DNA of 64,000 nucleotides from Candidatus Latescibacterota bacterium (GCA_965248265.1 CBDFJF010000002.1:1440001-1504000); one strand, 5' to 3'. Positions 1-10,167 are shown, counted from the stretch's first letter. Numbers and translations are program-made. The notes: generated by a model not told the origin, from the letters alone.

Positions 1-149
1 CTCGGAGGCCAACTAATCGAGCTGAGGGAGCCCCGCGGTGGTGTGCCGGTTCGGGTGGCTTGCCTGCGGGATTGCGAAGGCAACGGATTCGAACTGCGTC
101 AGCAACCCTGATATCTAAATTGGGTATGCGAGTACATGGAAGGCCGTGA

Positions 150-1250
150 ATGAAGTTTGAAAAGATCAGTGAAGGGTTTGTGCGCCGGAACGAGGCGGAA
201 GAGGATGGTCTGATCAGTGCCGGACCTCGCAGTGCACTGACTCGTGACGGACAGGTACTGTGCACCTACGCGTTGACGAAGGAGCTGGGGACGAATGACT
301 TCGTCGCGGTGTTGAGCCGGTCCAACGATGGTGGCAAGACATGGGCGCATGAGGGGCCTGTCTGGCCGTACTGGCGGTCGCAATACTCAATCGCGGGTTC
401 GATCTGCACGGCGCCGACGGGAGAGCATTTCTTCCACGCTATGCGAACACCGATCGACGAGCCGGGGGAGTCCTTCTGGCGCGACGAAAACTCCGGGATG
501 AAGCAGAATGAGCTGGTTTTCACGCGCTCGCAGGACGATGGTCGTACCTGGGAGGAGCCCAGCGTCATTCCCATGCATGCTCCTTGTTCAGCCGAGGCAC
601 CCGGAGCGATCTGCATCACCCGCAGTGGCACCATGCTTCTTCCCTACGCGCCCTACAACAGCTTTGCTATCTCTGACGTAACGCGCAATCATGTGGTCGT
701 GGCGCGCAGCAGCGACGATGGCAGTTCGTGGACTCACACCAGCATGCTGCAATTCGACGAAGGCAGCAGGGGCGCTGAAGCGTGGGTGATCGAGTTGGGC
801 GACGGCCGTCTGCTGGGAACGTCCTGGCTGGCGAGCGTAGACGGCAAACAGGATTTTCCCAACGCTTATGCACTGAGCACGGATGATGGGCAGACATGGT
901 GTGCGACCGGCTCTACCGGAACCATGGGACAGTCGACGGCGCTGACTCCGTTGCCGGACGGGCGAGCGCTGTTTCTGTACAACGATCGCAAAGGAGAGCT
1001 GCCAGGGGTGCGAATGGCGGTGTGCCGGCCGAAGGAGGCTGATTTCGGTATCGAGCACGACGATCTGGTCTGGACCGCATCCAGGCCGACGCAGTCGGAT
1101 TCGTCGCGAGAGCACTCGGAGTGGACGGACTTCTCATTTGGCGAGCCATCAGCGACGGTACTGCCGGATGGGACCGTGTTCGTGGCTCTGTGGAGCTTGC
1201 AACCGGGAGCTGGTGGAATACCCTTCGTCACACTGAAGCTGGTCTCCTGA
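150..1250 (+). CDS. BNR/Asp-box repeat exo-alpha-sialidase-like protein
   Basis: Four Asp-boxes: SNDGGKTW, SQDDGRTW, SSDDGSSW, STDDGQTW; no obvious signal peptide. Confidence 0.8.
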   Translation: MKFEKISEGFVRRNEAEEDGLISAGPRSALTRDGQVLCTYALTKELGTNDFVAVLSRSNDGGKTWAHEGPVWPYWRSQYSIAGSICTAPTGEHFFHAMRTPIDEPGESFWRDENSGMKQNELVFTRSQDDGRTWEEPSVIPMHAPCSAEAPGAICITRSGTMLLPYAPYNSFAISDVTRNHVVVARSSDDGSSWTHTSMLQFDEGSRGAEAWVIELGDGRLLGTSWLASVDGKQDFPNAYALSTDDGQTWCATGSTGTMGQSTALTPLPDGRALFLYNDRKGELPGVRMAVCRPKEADFGIEHDDLVWTASRPTQSDSSREHSEWTDFSFGEPSATVLPDGTVFVALWSLQPGAGGIPFVTLKLVS

Positions 1251-1381
1251 GCAGCGGTCAGTGCGCGCGCGTGCGCCTGCCCGCGCTCTCGATCACATCC
1301 GTACCGCGCTGGCTTTCCCCGGGGGGATAGCCTAGAATCTGAAGCCGCTACCTTCTATCCGATCACCAAACGAGGACGAAC

Positions 1382-2428
1382 ATGGCAGACACCCCTCTTC
1401 TCATCGTCAGCACTCAAACCGAAACGGACGGTATCTTCGTCTTCAAGATCGCCGACGGCAACGGCAGTCTGGAGTTGCTACGACAGACGCCCGACATCAA
1501 AGAGCCGTTCTTCATCGACATGCATCCCAACGGCGAGGTGCTCTACAGCATCGTGGATCCGGGAGGAAAGGGGTTGGTGGCGGCGTGGGCGTTCGACCGG
1601 GACAGTGGATCTCTGGAACTGATCAATCAGCAGTCGACCCAGGGGGACTATCCATGCTACGTGGAGGTCGATCCCTCTGGGCGCGCCGTCGTGGTGGCCA
1701 ACTACATGGGAGGAAGCGTCATCTCCTATCCTTTGACTGACAGCGGTGCCCTCGGGGACGCCGGTTCCTTCCATCAACACGTGGGCAGCAGTGTCGACGA
1801 GATCCGGCAGCAAGGGCCGCACGCGCACTGCTTCAAGGTTTCCGCCGACGGTCGCTTTGCGTTTGCCGCCGACCTCGGTACGGACAAGGTGATGATCTAT
1901 GCGCTCGATGCCGGTGCCGGGACGCTGACACCCGGTGAGCAGCCGTTTGCGCGGGTGGCCCCTGGGGGAGGCCCCCGTCACTTCACCATCAGCCCCAACA
2001 ACCGGCATGCCTACGTCATCAACGAACTTGGCAGCACGGTTACAGCTTTTGACTTCGATTCCGAGCGCGGGTTGCTGCTAGAACAGGACAGCGTGACGAC
2101 GCTGCCGGCGGATTTCGATGAGGTCAGCCACACGGCCGACCTGTGCCTGACACCGGATGGACGCTTTCTTTTCGGCAGTAACCGCGGCCACGACAGTGTC
2201 GCCATGTTCAAGGTCGATGGCTCTGGGGCATTGACGCCAAACGGGATCCAACCCTGCGGTGGCCCGGTGGCGCAGAATCTGGAAATGTCGCCACAAGGTG
2301 ACCTGTTGTTCGTGGCCAACTCAGACACCGGCAAGATCAGCGCTTTCCGCATCGACGGCAGCTCGGGCACGCTATCGCCGGGGAGCGAGACGGACGTGCC
2401 CATGCCGGTCTGTTCGATCGTAGCGTAG
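1382..2428 (+). CDS. pgl: 6-phosphogluconolactonase (cycloisomerase 2 / lactonase beta-propeller family)
   Basis: VANYMGGSV, QQGPHAH, DLGTDKV, GGGPRHF, SNRGHDS motifs; GAGG RBS upstream. Confidence 0.85.
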   Translation: MADTPLLIVSTQTETDGIFVFKIADGNGSLELLRQTPDIKEPFFIDMHPNGEVLYSIVDPGGKGLVAAWAFDRDSGSLELINQQSTQGDYPCYVEVDPSGRAVVVANYMGGSVISYPLTDSGALGDAGSFHQHVGSSVDEIRQQGPHAHCFKVSADGRFAFAADLGTDKVMIYALDAGAGTLTPGEQPFARVAPGGGPRHFTISPNNRHAYVINELGSTVTAFDFDSERGLLLEQDSVTTLPADFDEVSHTADLCLTPDGRFLFGSNRGHDSVAMFKVDGSGALTPNGIQPCGGPVAQNLEMSPQGDLLFVANSDTGKISAFRIDGSSGTLSPGSETDVPMPVCSIVA

Positions 2429-2451
2429 GCGGCCAGCCTCGAGTAGGAGAA

Positions 2452-3693
2452 TCAGGCAGGCGCCGGCTTCAGAGCGCTGCCGAAGTCGGACCCTGTCGGG
2501 TTCTGGAAGACACGCAGATCGAAGGCCGGCATAACCGCCAGCAGGTGATCGAAGATGTCGGCCTGGATCGCCTCATAGTTCGCCCACACGGTATCGTTCG
2601 TGAACACGTAGACCTCGATCGGCAGGCCGTTCTCTCCCGGTGGCAGCTGGCGGATGAGGAAGGTCATGTCCTGATGGATCTTCGGATGCTGCCGCAGGTA
2701 GGCGGCCACGTAGGCCCGGAAGGTACCGACGTTGGTCAGTCTGCGTCCGTTGACGATCTGGGTCGTATCTATCTTCTGGGAGCGATTCTCTTCATCCACT
2801 TCTACCTGACGCTGTGTGACGTAGTCGCGGATGAGCTGAAAACGGCCGAAGCGCTGGAGCATTTCCTCGTCACAGAAGCGGATCGAGTTCATGTCAACGC
2901 GGATGGCTCGCTTGATGCGCCTTCCTCCACTCTCCTGCATCCCCTGCCAGTTTTTGAAGGAATTGTCCACCAGTTTGTGAGTGGGGATGGTCGTTATCGT
3001 CTTGTCCCAGTTCTGCACCTTGATAGTATGCAAAGCGATATCGATGACATCGCCATCGGCGTCGAAGGCCGGCGCCTCGATCCAATCCCCGACCTTGACC
3101 AGGCGATTGCTGGCGATGTTGACGCTGGCAACCAGGGAAAGGATGGTATCCCGGAAGACGAGGACGATCACGGCCATCAACGCGCCTATTCCGGACAGCA
3201 GCACCCACGGTGACTTACCCGTCAGTACCGCTATGGTCGCCAGGCCGCCGAGAACGTAAAGGATGATCTTGACGATCTGAGCATAGCTCTTGATCGGCAG
3301 CTCGCGGTAGGAGTCGAGCTCGGCGTAGATGTCCTGAAAAGCCGTAATCACGGCGCCGGCGAGCAGCACCAGCGTAGCCGTGAGCACGCTGTTGAGCAGC
3401 TGCCGGACGGTCTCCGGGGACCCCGGCAACGCGTCGGCCCCGTAGTAGAGGACGACGATCGGTACCATCAACGAGAGGCGTCTCAGAACGTGCCGTTCCA
3501 GCAGGATGTCATCCAGCTTGGTGCGGGAGCGACGAATCAGATTGCCGAGCCCGCGTATGAGAATGGCCCGGGCAAGGAAGTAGCTGGCCAATGACAGCAG
3601 CAGGACGGCAGCGCACCGGGCCCCTGCGTAAGCGAAGTCGCCCGCGTCAGCGTAGGGCAGGGATGCCTTGAATTGTTGAATCAGTTCAGCCAA
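2452..3693 (-). CDS. MscS-family mechanosensitive channel (YbdG-like)
   Basis: N-terminal TM helices; VGDWIEAP, KVQNWDKTITTIPT, NWQGMQESGGRRIKR, YEAIQADIFDH motifs. Confidence 0.9.
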   Translation of the reverse strand: MAELIQQFKASLPYADAGDFAYAGARCAAVLLLSLASYFLARAILIRGLGNLIRRSRTKLDDILLERHVLRRLSLMVPIVVLYYGADALPGSPETVRQLLNSVLTATLVLLAGAVITAFQDIYAELDSYRELPIKSYAQIVKIILYVLGGLATIAVLTGKSPWVLLSGIGALMAVIVLVFRDTILSLVASVNIASNRLVKVGDWIEAPAFDADGDVIDIALHTIKVQNWDKTITTIPTHKLVDNSFKNWQGMQESGGRRIKRAIRVDMNSIRFCDEEMLQRFGRFQLIRDYVTQRQVEVDEENRSQKIDTTQIVNGRRLTNVGTFRAYVAAYLRQHPKIHQDMTFLIRQLPPGENGLPIEVYVFTNDTVWANYEAIQADIFDHLLAVMPAFDLRVFQNPTGSDFGSALKPAPA

Positions 3694-3769
3694 TGAACAA
3701 ATAGCTCCTTGTCGCGCAGAAGAGTCAGATCCTTATCATATACGGACAGCGATGTATGTCAATCAACCT

Positions 3770-3808
3770 ATAGTCGCCGACGGAGCAAATAGTCGCCGAC
3801 GGAGCAAA
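3770..3808. repeat. Perfect 19-bp tandem duplication (ATAGTCGCCGACGGAGCAA x2) in a divergent intergenic region
   Basis: Read directly from the sequence. Confidence 0.9.
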
Positions 3809-3878
3809 ACAGGGCTTTCGTGGTCGAGGGAAACAGCACTACTTTTAGGGCAACCCACAACACACGGGAGGGGGTCCC

Positions 3879-4289
3879 ATGCAACGTATCGCACTAGCGT
3901 CCGTAGTCGTGTTCGTCTTCGTCTTTCTTTTCGAATTTCTGTTCCACGGGATTCTGCTGAAGGGGATGTACGAGGCAACGGCCGAGCTGTGGCGGCCGGA
4001 GGAGGAGCACGAGATGATCTACCTCTTCCTGAGCCAGCTGTGGTTCGCGATCATGGTCGTCGTCATCTTCTCGCGCAACTGCGAGGGCAAAGGCGTCGGC
4101 GAGGGTGTTCGCTACGGCATCCTGATCGGACTGCTCATGGCTGCTCCTCAGCTGGCCACATACTGCTACCTGCCGATGCCGTTGTCGCTGACGCTCAGTT
4201 GGGTCGTTGCCAGCGCATTGAAGGGACTCGGGGCCGGGATCGTTGCATCGCTGGTCTATCGCACGGACGCAGCCAGCGCTCAGGGATAG
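3879..4289 (+). CDS. Small 4-TM membrane protein (DUF1761-like)
   Basis: Four hydrophobic segments, EGVRYGILIGLL motif, GGAGG RBS. Confidence 0.6.
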   Translation: MQRIALASVVVFVFVFLFEFLFHGILLKGMYEATAELWRPEEEHEMIYLFLSQLWFAIMVVVIFSRNCEGKGVGEGVRYGILIGLLMAAPQLATYCYLPMPLSLTLSWVVASALKGLGAGIVASLVYRTDAASAQG

Positions 4290-5083
4290 AGATCGGGGCG
4301 ATAGCGTTTGGCGTAAAGGCGGGTGGCCAGGCTCGGATCGATGTTGGCGACGAGCAGGCCTTCCCGCCTGTAGGGGATGTGGTCAATCAACTCACTGTCC
4401 GGATCGATCAGGCTGGTTGCTGAGTTCTGGTATTTCATGGCCTGATTGACGCTGGCGAAGTAGATGCTGTTTTCGCCTGCCCGGCATTGCATGGCCTTCT
4501 CGTAGAACGTGTTCCCCCATTTGCCGGGTCTGTGTCCAACCTTGTCACTGCCCGTGACCTGCGGGTTGAAGACGATGCGGGCCCCGTGGACGGCCGCCCA
4601 GCGCACCGTTTCCGGATATCGCCAGGCTTCGTGGCAGATGGACAGGCCGAATTTTACGCCCTTTACCGTGAACATCCGGCGCTGACCGTCGGCCACGTAG
4701 TTCTCGGATTCCCCACCGGGCGTGATCTGGTTCTTGGTCTGGTGACCGAGAATGCGACCAGCCGCGGAGATGACGGTGGCGCGGTTTTCGAGGCCGAGTG
4801 CGGAGCGCCATTCCATGCCGATGATGGCCATTACCCCGTTGTCGCGGCAGGCGGATCGCAGCTGGGCTAACGCCGTTTCCATCACGGGCTGATCCGGATC
4901 GGGCAGGTCGAAGTCCGCACCTCTCAGGCCCGGGAGGTAGGTTTCGGGTGTGCAGACTATGTCGATGCGGCGCCTTTTGCACTCGCGCAGGACTGATATG
5001 AGTTTGTCGACGCCAGCAGGCACGCTGGCCGGTTGCTCGAGAGCGGCGAGGCCGATGCGGAGCCTCCCGGGATTGGTGCTCAT
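4280..5083 (-). CDS. Carbon-nitrogen hydrolase (nitrilase superfamily)
   Basis: Catalytic E (PETYLPG), K (QTKNQ), C (ICHEAWRYPE). Confidence 0.85.
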   Translation of the reverse strand: MSTNPGRLRIGLAALEQPASVPAGVDKLISVLRECKRRRIDIVCTPETYLPGLRGADFDLPDPDQPVMETALAQLRSACRDNGVMAIIGMEWRSALGLENRATVISAAGRILGHQTKNQITPGGESENYVADGQRRMFTVKGVKFGLSICHEAWRYPETVRWAAVHGARIVFNPQVTGSDKVGHRPGKWGNTFYEKAMQCRAGENSIYFASVNQAMKYQNSATSLIDPDSELIDHIPYRREGLLVANIDPSLATRLYAKRYRPDLYP

Positions 5084-5724
5084 GGCGTGGGAAAGGTGCC
5101 AGTGATTGCTGCGGAGCCGGTCTGCGACGGGTCACTACCTCCATTTCCGTTGCCGCTGCCATCGCCGTTACCACCGCCCGGGGTAGCGTCATCCCCGCCC
5201 TGGGTTGCGTACCAGGCTGCCCCGCCGCCCGCACCCAGTACCAGCAACCACCACGGCACGCCGGTACTGCCTCCGTCGGCAGGCACCAATTCACGCGCGA
5301 GACGACGCATCTCCCTCTTTCTCAGACGCTCAATATCGTAGTCTACTTTGCGGGTAGTTTTGGCGAACGTAAAGTCGTTTTTTACTTCGTAGAGCAACCC
5401 CTGGATATGGACCTTGTCGCCGACCCGGCGGATGCTGCCGCTGACGACCCACGCGGTCCCCAGCGCGCGGCCGACGGCCTGCAGGCAGGAGTCGTCACAG
5501 GTTGCGGTGTCGAGGCCCTTGCCCTCGAGGAAGGCGTAGAGATCGGAGCGTTCGACCATATCGAAACGGTCCATTTCGTCGAATTCGTACCGCAGCCGCT
5601 GCGACAACAGCAAGGCTTCCGTGTGGTCGAAGGAAGACGCCACCAGGTCCAGTACCGCCATGCGGTCGCGGGCCTCGGCAGTTACCGTCAACAGCGACAG
5701 GCATACGAACAACAGCGGCTTCAT
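5080..5724 (-). CDS. Secreted protein with CsgG/TolB-N-like domain, C-terminal TM helix and Gly-rich tail
   Basis: Signal peptide (AEA), CDDSCLQAVGRALG..VVSGSI pattern, WWLLVLGAGGGAAWY helix; ATGA overlaps with both neighbours. Confidence 0.6.
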   Translation of the reverse strand: MKPLLFVCLSLLTVTAEARDRMAVLDLVASSFDHTEALLLSQRLRYEFDEMDRFDMVERSDLYAFLEGKGLDTATCDDSCLQAVGRALGTAWVVSGSIRRVGDKVHIQGLLYEVKNDFTFAKTTRKVDYDIERLRKREMRRLARELVPADGGSTGVPWWLLVLGAGGGAAWYATQGGDDATPGGGNGDGSGNGNGGSDPSQTGSAAITGTFPTP

Positions 5725-6722
5725 GGGGAGCGCACCAGCACGACCTCGTCGAGGTTGCGATCGCTGATGGCGGCACCGACGACGGATCCGATCTGCAGCA
5801 ACCCGGCCTTGCCGATGCCGCTGAGCTCGGTGAGTTCGTCTACGGCGGTGCCGGCGGCATCCTCGGCGGCCAGGGGGACACCCAACGTCAACGACGGTCC
5901 TCTGAGTCGCAGCTGGTCGTCGATGATAGAGCAGGTGAAGGCCAGTTCGAACTCCGAGCCCTCACCCAAATCCTCCTCGAGGATGCCGACGTCGATGCGA
6001 CCGATCAATGGCAGGGAGCCGAATAGCTCGATGTCCAGTTGATCGAAGTCGAGGTCCAGGGTACCGTCACCGGGCGTCCATACGCCGGACAGAACGAGGG
6101 TGCCACCGTCGAATTGATCGAGCTGCCCGAAGTCGACCCCCTGGAGCTCATCCAGCTGTCGGAGGGCACTCAGGAAGGCGCCGCTGATACGATTAGAGAA
6201 ACGGCCATCAGAGTTGAAGGTGTAAGTAAACTCGAAGTCATCGGTGGCACCGACCTCGAGCTGCCAGGTGCCGACGAGTTCGAGCGCTTTCGGAAAAAGC
6301 GGGGCGTCGCCGAAGTCACCGTCGACGTCAGCTGAGCCCGAGACCGGTAAGAGTTGAATCCGCACGTTAGTGGTGACGCCCGCTTCAATGGTGGCGCTCG
6401 CCGAACCGGTGTGACTCAATTCGCCAGTTGTATCATAAGCGTTCAGGGTAAAGAGTCTGTCCGTGCCGGGCGGAATACCGGTGATGGTGCCGCTGGCGGC
6501 ATTGCCGACAATGGGCAGGGTACCGCTCATCGTCGTCATGTCCGCGGCTGAGACCGTGTACTCGACGCGCGCGACGGTCTGCTGAAGGGCTTTCGGAATA
6601 GGCAGGCTCATGGACACCGAGCCTTCGCCTGACCTGTCTTGAGGTCCGGAGAGTCTGTCGCCCTGCGAACCGCAGGAGAAAACGGTGAGCAGCAGGCAGA
6701 GAGAAGTCAGGGGTCGTTTCAT
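5721..6722 (-). CDS. Lipoprotein of unknown function (beta-sandwich N-domain plus lipocalin-like C-domain)
   Basis: Lipobox VFSC; LVGTW motif starts the second domain. Confidence 0.6.
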   Translation of the reverse strand: MKRPLTSLCLLLTVFSCGSQGDRLSGPQDRSGEGSVSMSLPIPKALQQTVARVEYTVSAADMTTMSGTLPIVGNAASGTITGIPPGTDRLFTLNAYDTTGELSHTGSASATIEAGVTTNVRIQLLPVSGSADVDGDFGDAPLFPKALELVGTWQLEVGATDDFEFTYTFNSDGRFSNRISGAFLSALRQLDELQGVDFGQLDQFDGGTLVLSGVWTPGDGTLDLDFDQLDIELFGSLPLIGRIDVGILEEDLGEGSEFELAFTCSIIDDQLRLRGPSLTLGVPLAAEDAAGTAVDELTELSGIGKAGLLQIGSVVGAAISDRNLDEVVLVRSP

Positions 6723-6818
6723 GTCAGCGATATGCTCCGTGTCGATGAACGGCGCCGTACGTCGGCGCGTCGAATCAGACTGACAATACTAAGGCCGCGG
6801 ACGTCGCGCCACTCGCAT

Positions 6819-7919
6819 TCACCCGGGGTAGAGTTTTTCCACGTTGCCACCCATGAGTCCAGCGCGTTCGTCGTCGGTGAGAAAATCGGTCTGAGTCTCG
6901 TAGAGGATGCGCGACTGACGGTAGGTCGTCACCTTTTCACATCCGGGCATGTCCGACCCCCACATCAGCTTGTGGGCGCCGACGGACTCTGACAGGTCGC
7001 GGATGACCTTTGATGCCGCCGGATGATACGGCGCGAACTCGACGTCGTGCAGCATCTTGTGAATCATCAATTCGATGTGCCAGTTCGGCAGTGAGATCAG
7101 ATCGATGATCGGTGGGGGAATGTCGAAGCGATCCGGGCGGTCGATGTCGATTCTCAGGTTCTCGAGACCATGCGTCAGCACGGATGGAATATGCGGATGG
7201 GCGCGGCCCCACCGGGCGAATTCATCGATCTCGCTCAGGTACTGCTCCAACCGGGGCTGCTTGCGGTTGGCCGCCATCCAATGGACGGGAATGCCAAGGT
7301 CGGCGACCAATGTCCACAGCTGCTCCAGGATGTCGTCGTTGATGCCGAAGGCGAAGTCATTGTGACAGAAACCGCCGGTCGAGAAGTAGAGGCCGGCGAA
7401 GCCAAGGTCTTCGACCTCATGTTCCAGGCGCTCCAACTCACCAGGCTCGCCAGCACGCCACTCATCAACCTGCGCCAGGACGACCAACCGGTCCGGGTAT
7501 TCGCGGACGGCGTCGGCGAGGTAGTCATCGAGGCGACCGTAGAGTCTGTCGTGCTGAATGACCGCCCGATCGATGCCGGCGAAATCCATCTGCGCTATTA
7601 CCTGCTCGGGAGGCGAAGAGAGGTCGGGGTAGGATGGTGGGCCGTGCTGAAAGTAGTAGTCCTCACCTTCGTAAGTCAGCAACACTCTGCCGTACCAACC
7701 GATACGGAAATCGAGGTCCGGCAGTGACGAAATATCGCCGTCACCTTCACCGACCATGATTGGCTCCAGGAGGGGCTCGTTGTCCCGTACCCGGCGGTAG
7801 CCCCCGGGACCGGGGAAGCGGACATGGTACTGCAACTCTTTCATGCAGTTGTCGTCGAATACTTCACCATGGAGCATGGACGGGAAGATGTGCGAATGGG
7901 CATCGAAGATGATGGGCAT
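6819..7919 (-). CDS. Amidohydrolase_2 family metallohydrolase
   Basis: FDAHSH, GIDRAV, LMWGSDMP motifs. Confidence 0.8.
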   Translation of the reverse strand: MPIIFDAHSHIFPSMLHGEVFDDNCMKELQYHVRFPGPGGYRRVRDNEPLLEPIMVGEGDGDISSLPDLDFRIGWYGRVLLTYEGEDYYFQHGPPSYPDLSSPPEQVIAQMDFAGIDRAVIQHDRLYGRLDDYLADAVREYPDRLVVLAQVDEWRAGEPGELERLEHEVEDLGFAGLYFSTGGFCHNDFAFGINDDILEQLWTLVADLGIPVHWMAANRKQPRLEQYLSEIDEFARWGRAHPHIPSVLTHGLENLRIDIDRPDRFDIPPPIIDLISLPNWHIELMIHKMLHDVEFAPYHPAASKVIRDLSESVGAHKLMWGSDMPGCEKVTTYRQSRILYETQTDFLTDDERAGLMGGNVEKLYPG

Positions 7920-8103
7920 GACATGGGACTCCAAGACGAGACTCTTAACGTTAATACGCGCAGTAAGTTACCAATGTTGCTCCCCAGTGCAATCGGAGCC
8001 CGGGGTAGCTCGTGCGGGCCCAGGAATTGATGGGACGGGGTCACTTTCGGAACTTATACCGGTGAAGGGAAGTTTGAAAATTCAGAGAGCGACTACTGGA
8101 GAA

Positions 8104-9129
8104 ATGATGACGGGGAACGGCAAAACGCGCATCGGGGTGATGGGGTTCGGGGAAATCGGCCGGCAGATCTATCATCTCGCCGCCGAGAGTGACGATATCG
8201 AGGTAGTGGCGATTTCGGATCTGGGGAAACCCGAGATTCTGCATTATCTATTGGACACCGCATCGATTCAGAGCCCCGGAGTAGAACTGGACGGAAATTA
8301 CCTCAGGAACCCGAAATTCAACACCCGGGTGATGCAGACTGACAGGCCAGCGGAGACCCCCTGGGACCTGATCGATGTGGATATGGTCGTCGACACCACA
8401 CACAAGTTCCAATCTCCCGAGGATATGCAGGGCCATCTAGACAACGGCGCGCATCGCGTATTGATCTCCACCGTGCCGGCCGACCATATCGATCGATTGC
8501 TTATTCCCGGTATCAATGAAGAGGGTGCTGACAGTGAGGATCGAATGATTTCCGCTGGGTCGGCGACGACGGTGGCGCTGGCGTTGGTGCTCAAGGTGTT
8601 GAGCGATGAGTTTCCGATCGAAGCGGCCAGTGCGACCTCCGTGCACGCCTATACCAGTGACCAGCCGGTGCAGGACTATGCGGGCAAGGATTTTCGCCGC
8701 AGCCGCTCAGGGGCGGAGAATATCATCCCCAATACCATCGATTCCATCCCCTGGGTAGAGCGCTCGCTGCCCTCGACAAAGGGGAAACTCAGTGGCCATG
8801 CACTTAACGTTCCAGTGCAGAAGGGTTCTCTTCTGGACCTGAGCATCGTTTTCGAGAAGGATGCAGTCGGCGCGGACGAGGTCAACGAGGCGATGCTGAG
8901 TGCACGAACAACCTACGCCGGCAAGATCGATGTGGTGGAGGATCCGATCGTCTCCTCTGACGTCATAGGCAACCGTCATTCGGTACTGTTTGATATGAAG
9001 GGGACGCTCAAGGGCGGGCAGAGAATGGTAAAGACGCTGAGCTGGTACGAAAGCCTCGGGCACGCCTGCCGACTGTTGGACGTAGTCAGAATATACTCGG
9101 GGTTGAACGTTGCGGGAGGTAAGCGATAA
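8104..9129 (+). CDS. GAPDH-like protein lacking the catalytic Cys (putative pseudoenzyme)
   Basis: GFGEIGR Rossmann motif, VHAYTSDQ and RRSRSGAENIIP retained, but SAGSATTVALA replaces SNASCTTNCLA; GGAG RBS. Confidence 0.85.
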   Translation: MMTGNGKTRIGVMGFGEIGRQIYHLAAESDDIEVVAISDLGKPEILHYLLDTASIQSPGVELDGNYLRNPKFNTRVMQTDRPAETPWDLIDVDMVVDTTHKFQSPEDMQGHLDNGAHRVLISTVPADHIDRLLIPGINEEGADSEDRMISAGSATTVALALVLKVLSDEFPIEAASATSVHAYTSDQPVQDYAGKDFRRSRSGAENIIPNTIDSIPWVERSLPSTKGKLSGHALNVPVQKGSLLDLSIVFEKDAVGADEVNEAMLSARTTYAGKIDVVEDPIVSSDVIGNRHSVLFDMKGTLKGGQRMVKTLSWYESLGHACRLLDVVRIYSGLNVAGGKR

Positions 9130-10130
9130 TGCGTGTGGCCATCAATGGCTTCGGTCGCATCGGACGTTCCGTGTTCCGGATTCTGGACAACCGTGATGAT
9201 GTCGATGTCGTCGCCATCAACGATCTGGGGGATCACGAAGCGCTGCGTTACCTGCTCAACTACGACACCGTCATGGGGACATTCGGTAAAGACCTGCGCT
9301 TGGAGGATGGCTACCTGATTACTCCCGATTCTCGCGTGAAGCTGCTCAAGGAGAGGGAACCGGAGAGCCTGCCCTGGGCGGATTTCGGCGTCGACGTCGC
9401 GATCGAGTCGACGGGAGTCTTCCGCGCCCGCGAGCAAGTGGCCAGGCATCTGGCGGCCGGCGCCACGCGTGCCATTCTCACGGTGCCATCGAAGGATGAG
9501 ATCGACTACACGGTGGTTCTGGGGGTCAACGAGGACGGACTGAAACCGGAACACCAGATCATCTCGAATGCCAGCTGCACCACCAACTGTCTGGCACCCA
9601 TGGCCAAGGTGTTGAACGATTCCTTCGGCATCGTCGAGGGCCTGATCAATACCGTGCACGCCTACACCAACGACCAGCGGCTGGCGGATGTGCCGCACGA
9701 AGACTGGCGTCGCAGTCGCGCCGCCGCCGAGAATATCATTCCAACCTCCACGGGCGCAGCCAAGGCGGTAGGAGAGGTGTTGCCCGAACTCAAGGGCAAG
9801 CTCGACGGCATCGCGGCCAGGGTACCGGTGCCGGACGGGTCAGTGGTCGATCTGTTCGTGGAGCTGTCGCAGCCTGTGACGGTGGAGGATATCCACGCGG
9901 CGGTGCGCGGCGCGTCAGAAACTGACCGCATGCAGGGGATTCTGCAGTACGCCGACAAGCCGGTGGTCTCGAGGGACATCATCGGCAACCGCCATTCATC
10001 CATCTACGACGCCGCATTCACGGATGTTTCGGGGGGGCGGTTCGTCAAGGCGCTCAACTGGTACGACAACGAGTGGGGGTACTCCAATCGGGTATGTGAC
10101 CTGCTGGGGTTGATTCAGAACCGGTTTTAA
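9129..10130 (+). CDS. gap: Type I glyceraldehyde-3-phosphate dehydrogenase
   Basis: INGFGRIGR, SNASCTTNCLAP, HAYTNDQ, STGAAKA, RVPV, WYDNEWGYS. Confidence 0.97.
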   Translation: MRVAINGFGRIGRSVFRILDNRDDVDVVAINDLGDHEALRYLLNYDTVMGTFGKDLRLEDGYLITPDSRVKLLKEREPESLPWADFGVDVAIESTGVFRAREQVARHLAAGATRAILTVPSKDEIDYTVVLGVNEDGLKPEHQIISNASCTTNCLAPMAKVLNDSFGIVEGLINTVHAYTNDQRLADVPHEDWRRSRAAAENIIPTSTGAAKAVGEVLPELKGKLDGIAARVPVPDGSVVDLFVELSQPVTVEDIHAAVRGASETDRMQGILQYADKPVVSRDIIGNRHSSIYDAAFTDVSGGRFVKALNWYDNEWGYSNRVCDLLGLIQNRF

Positions 10131-10167
10131 CTCGCCAATGTCCTCGCCACCAGCTCTCCCACAGTAG

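Noticed and set aside
7843-8103. N-terminal extension of the GAPDH-like ORF
   Set aside because: Overlaps the divergent amidohydrolase start; RBS and homology point to ATG 8104/8107
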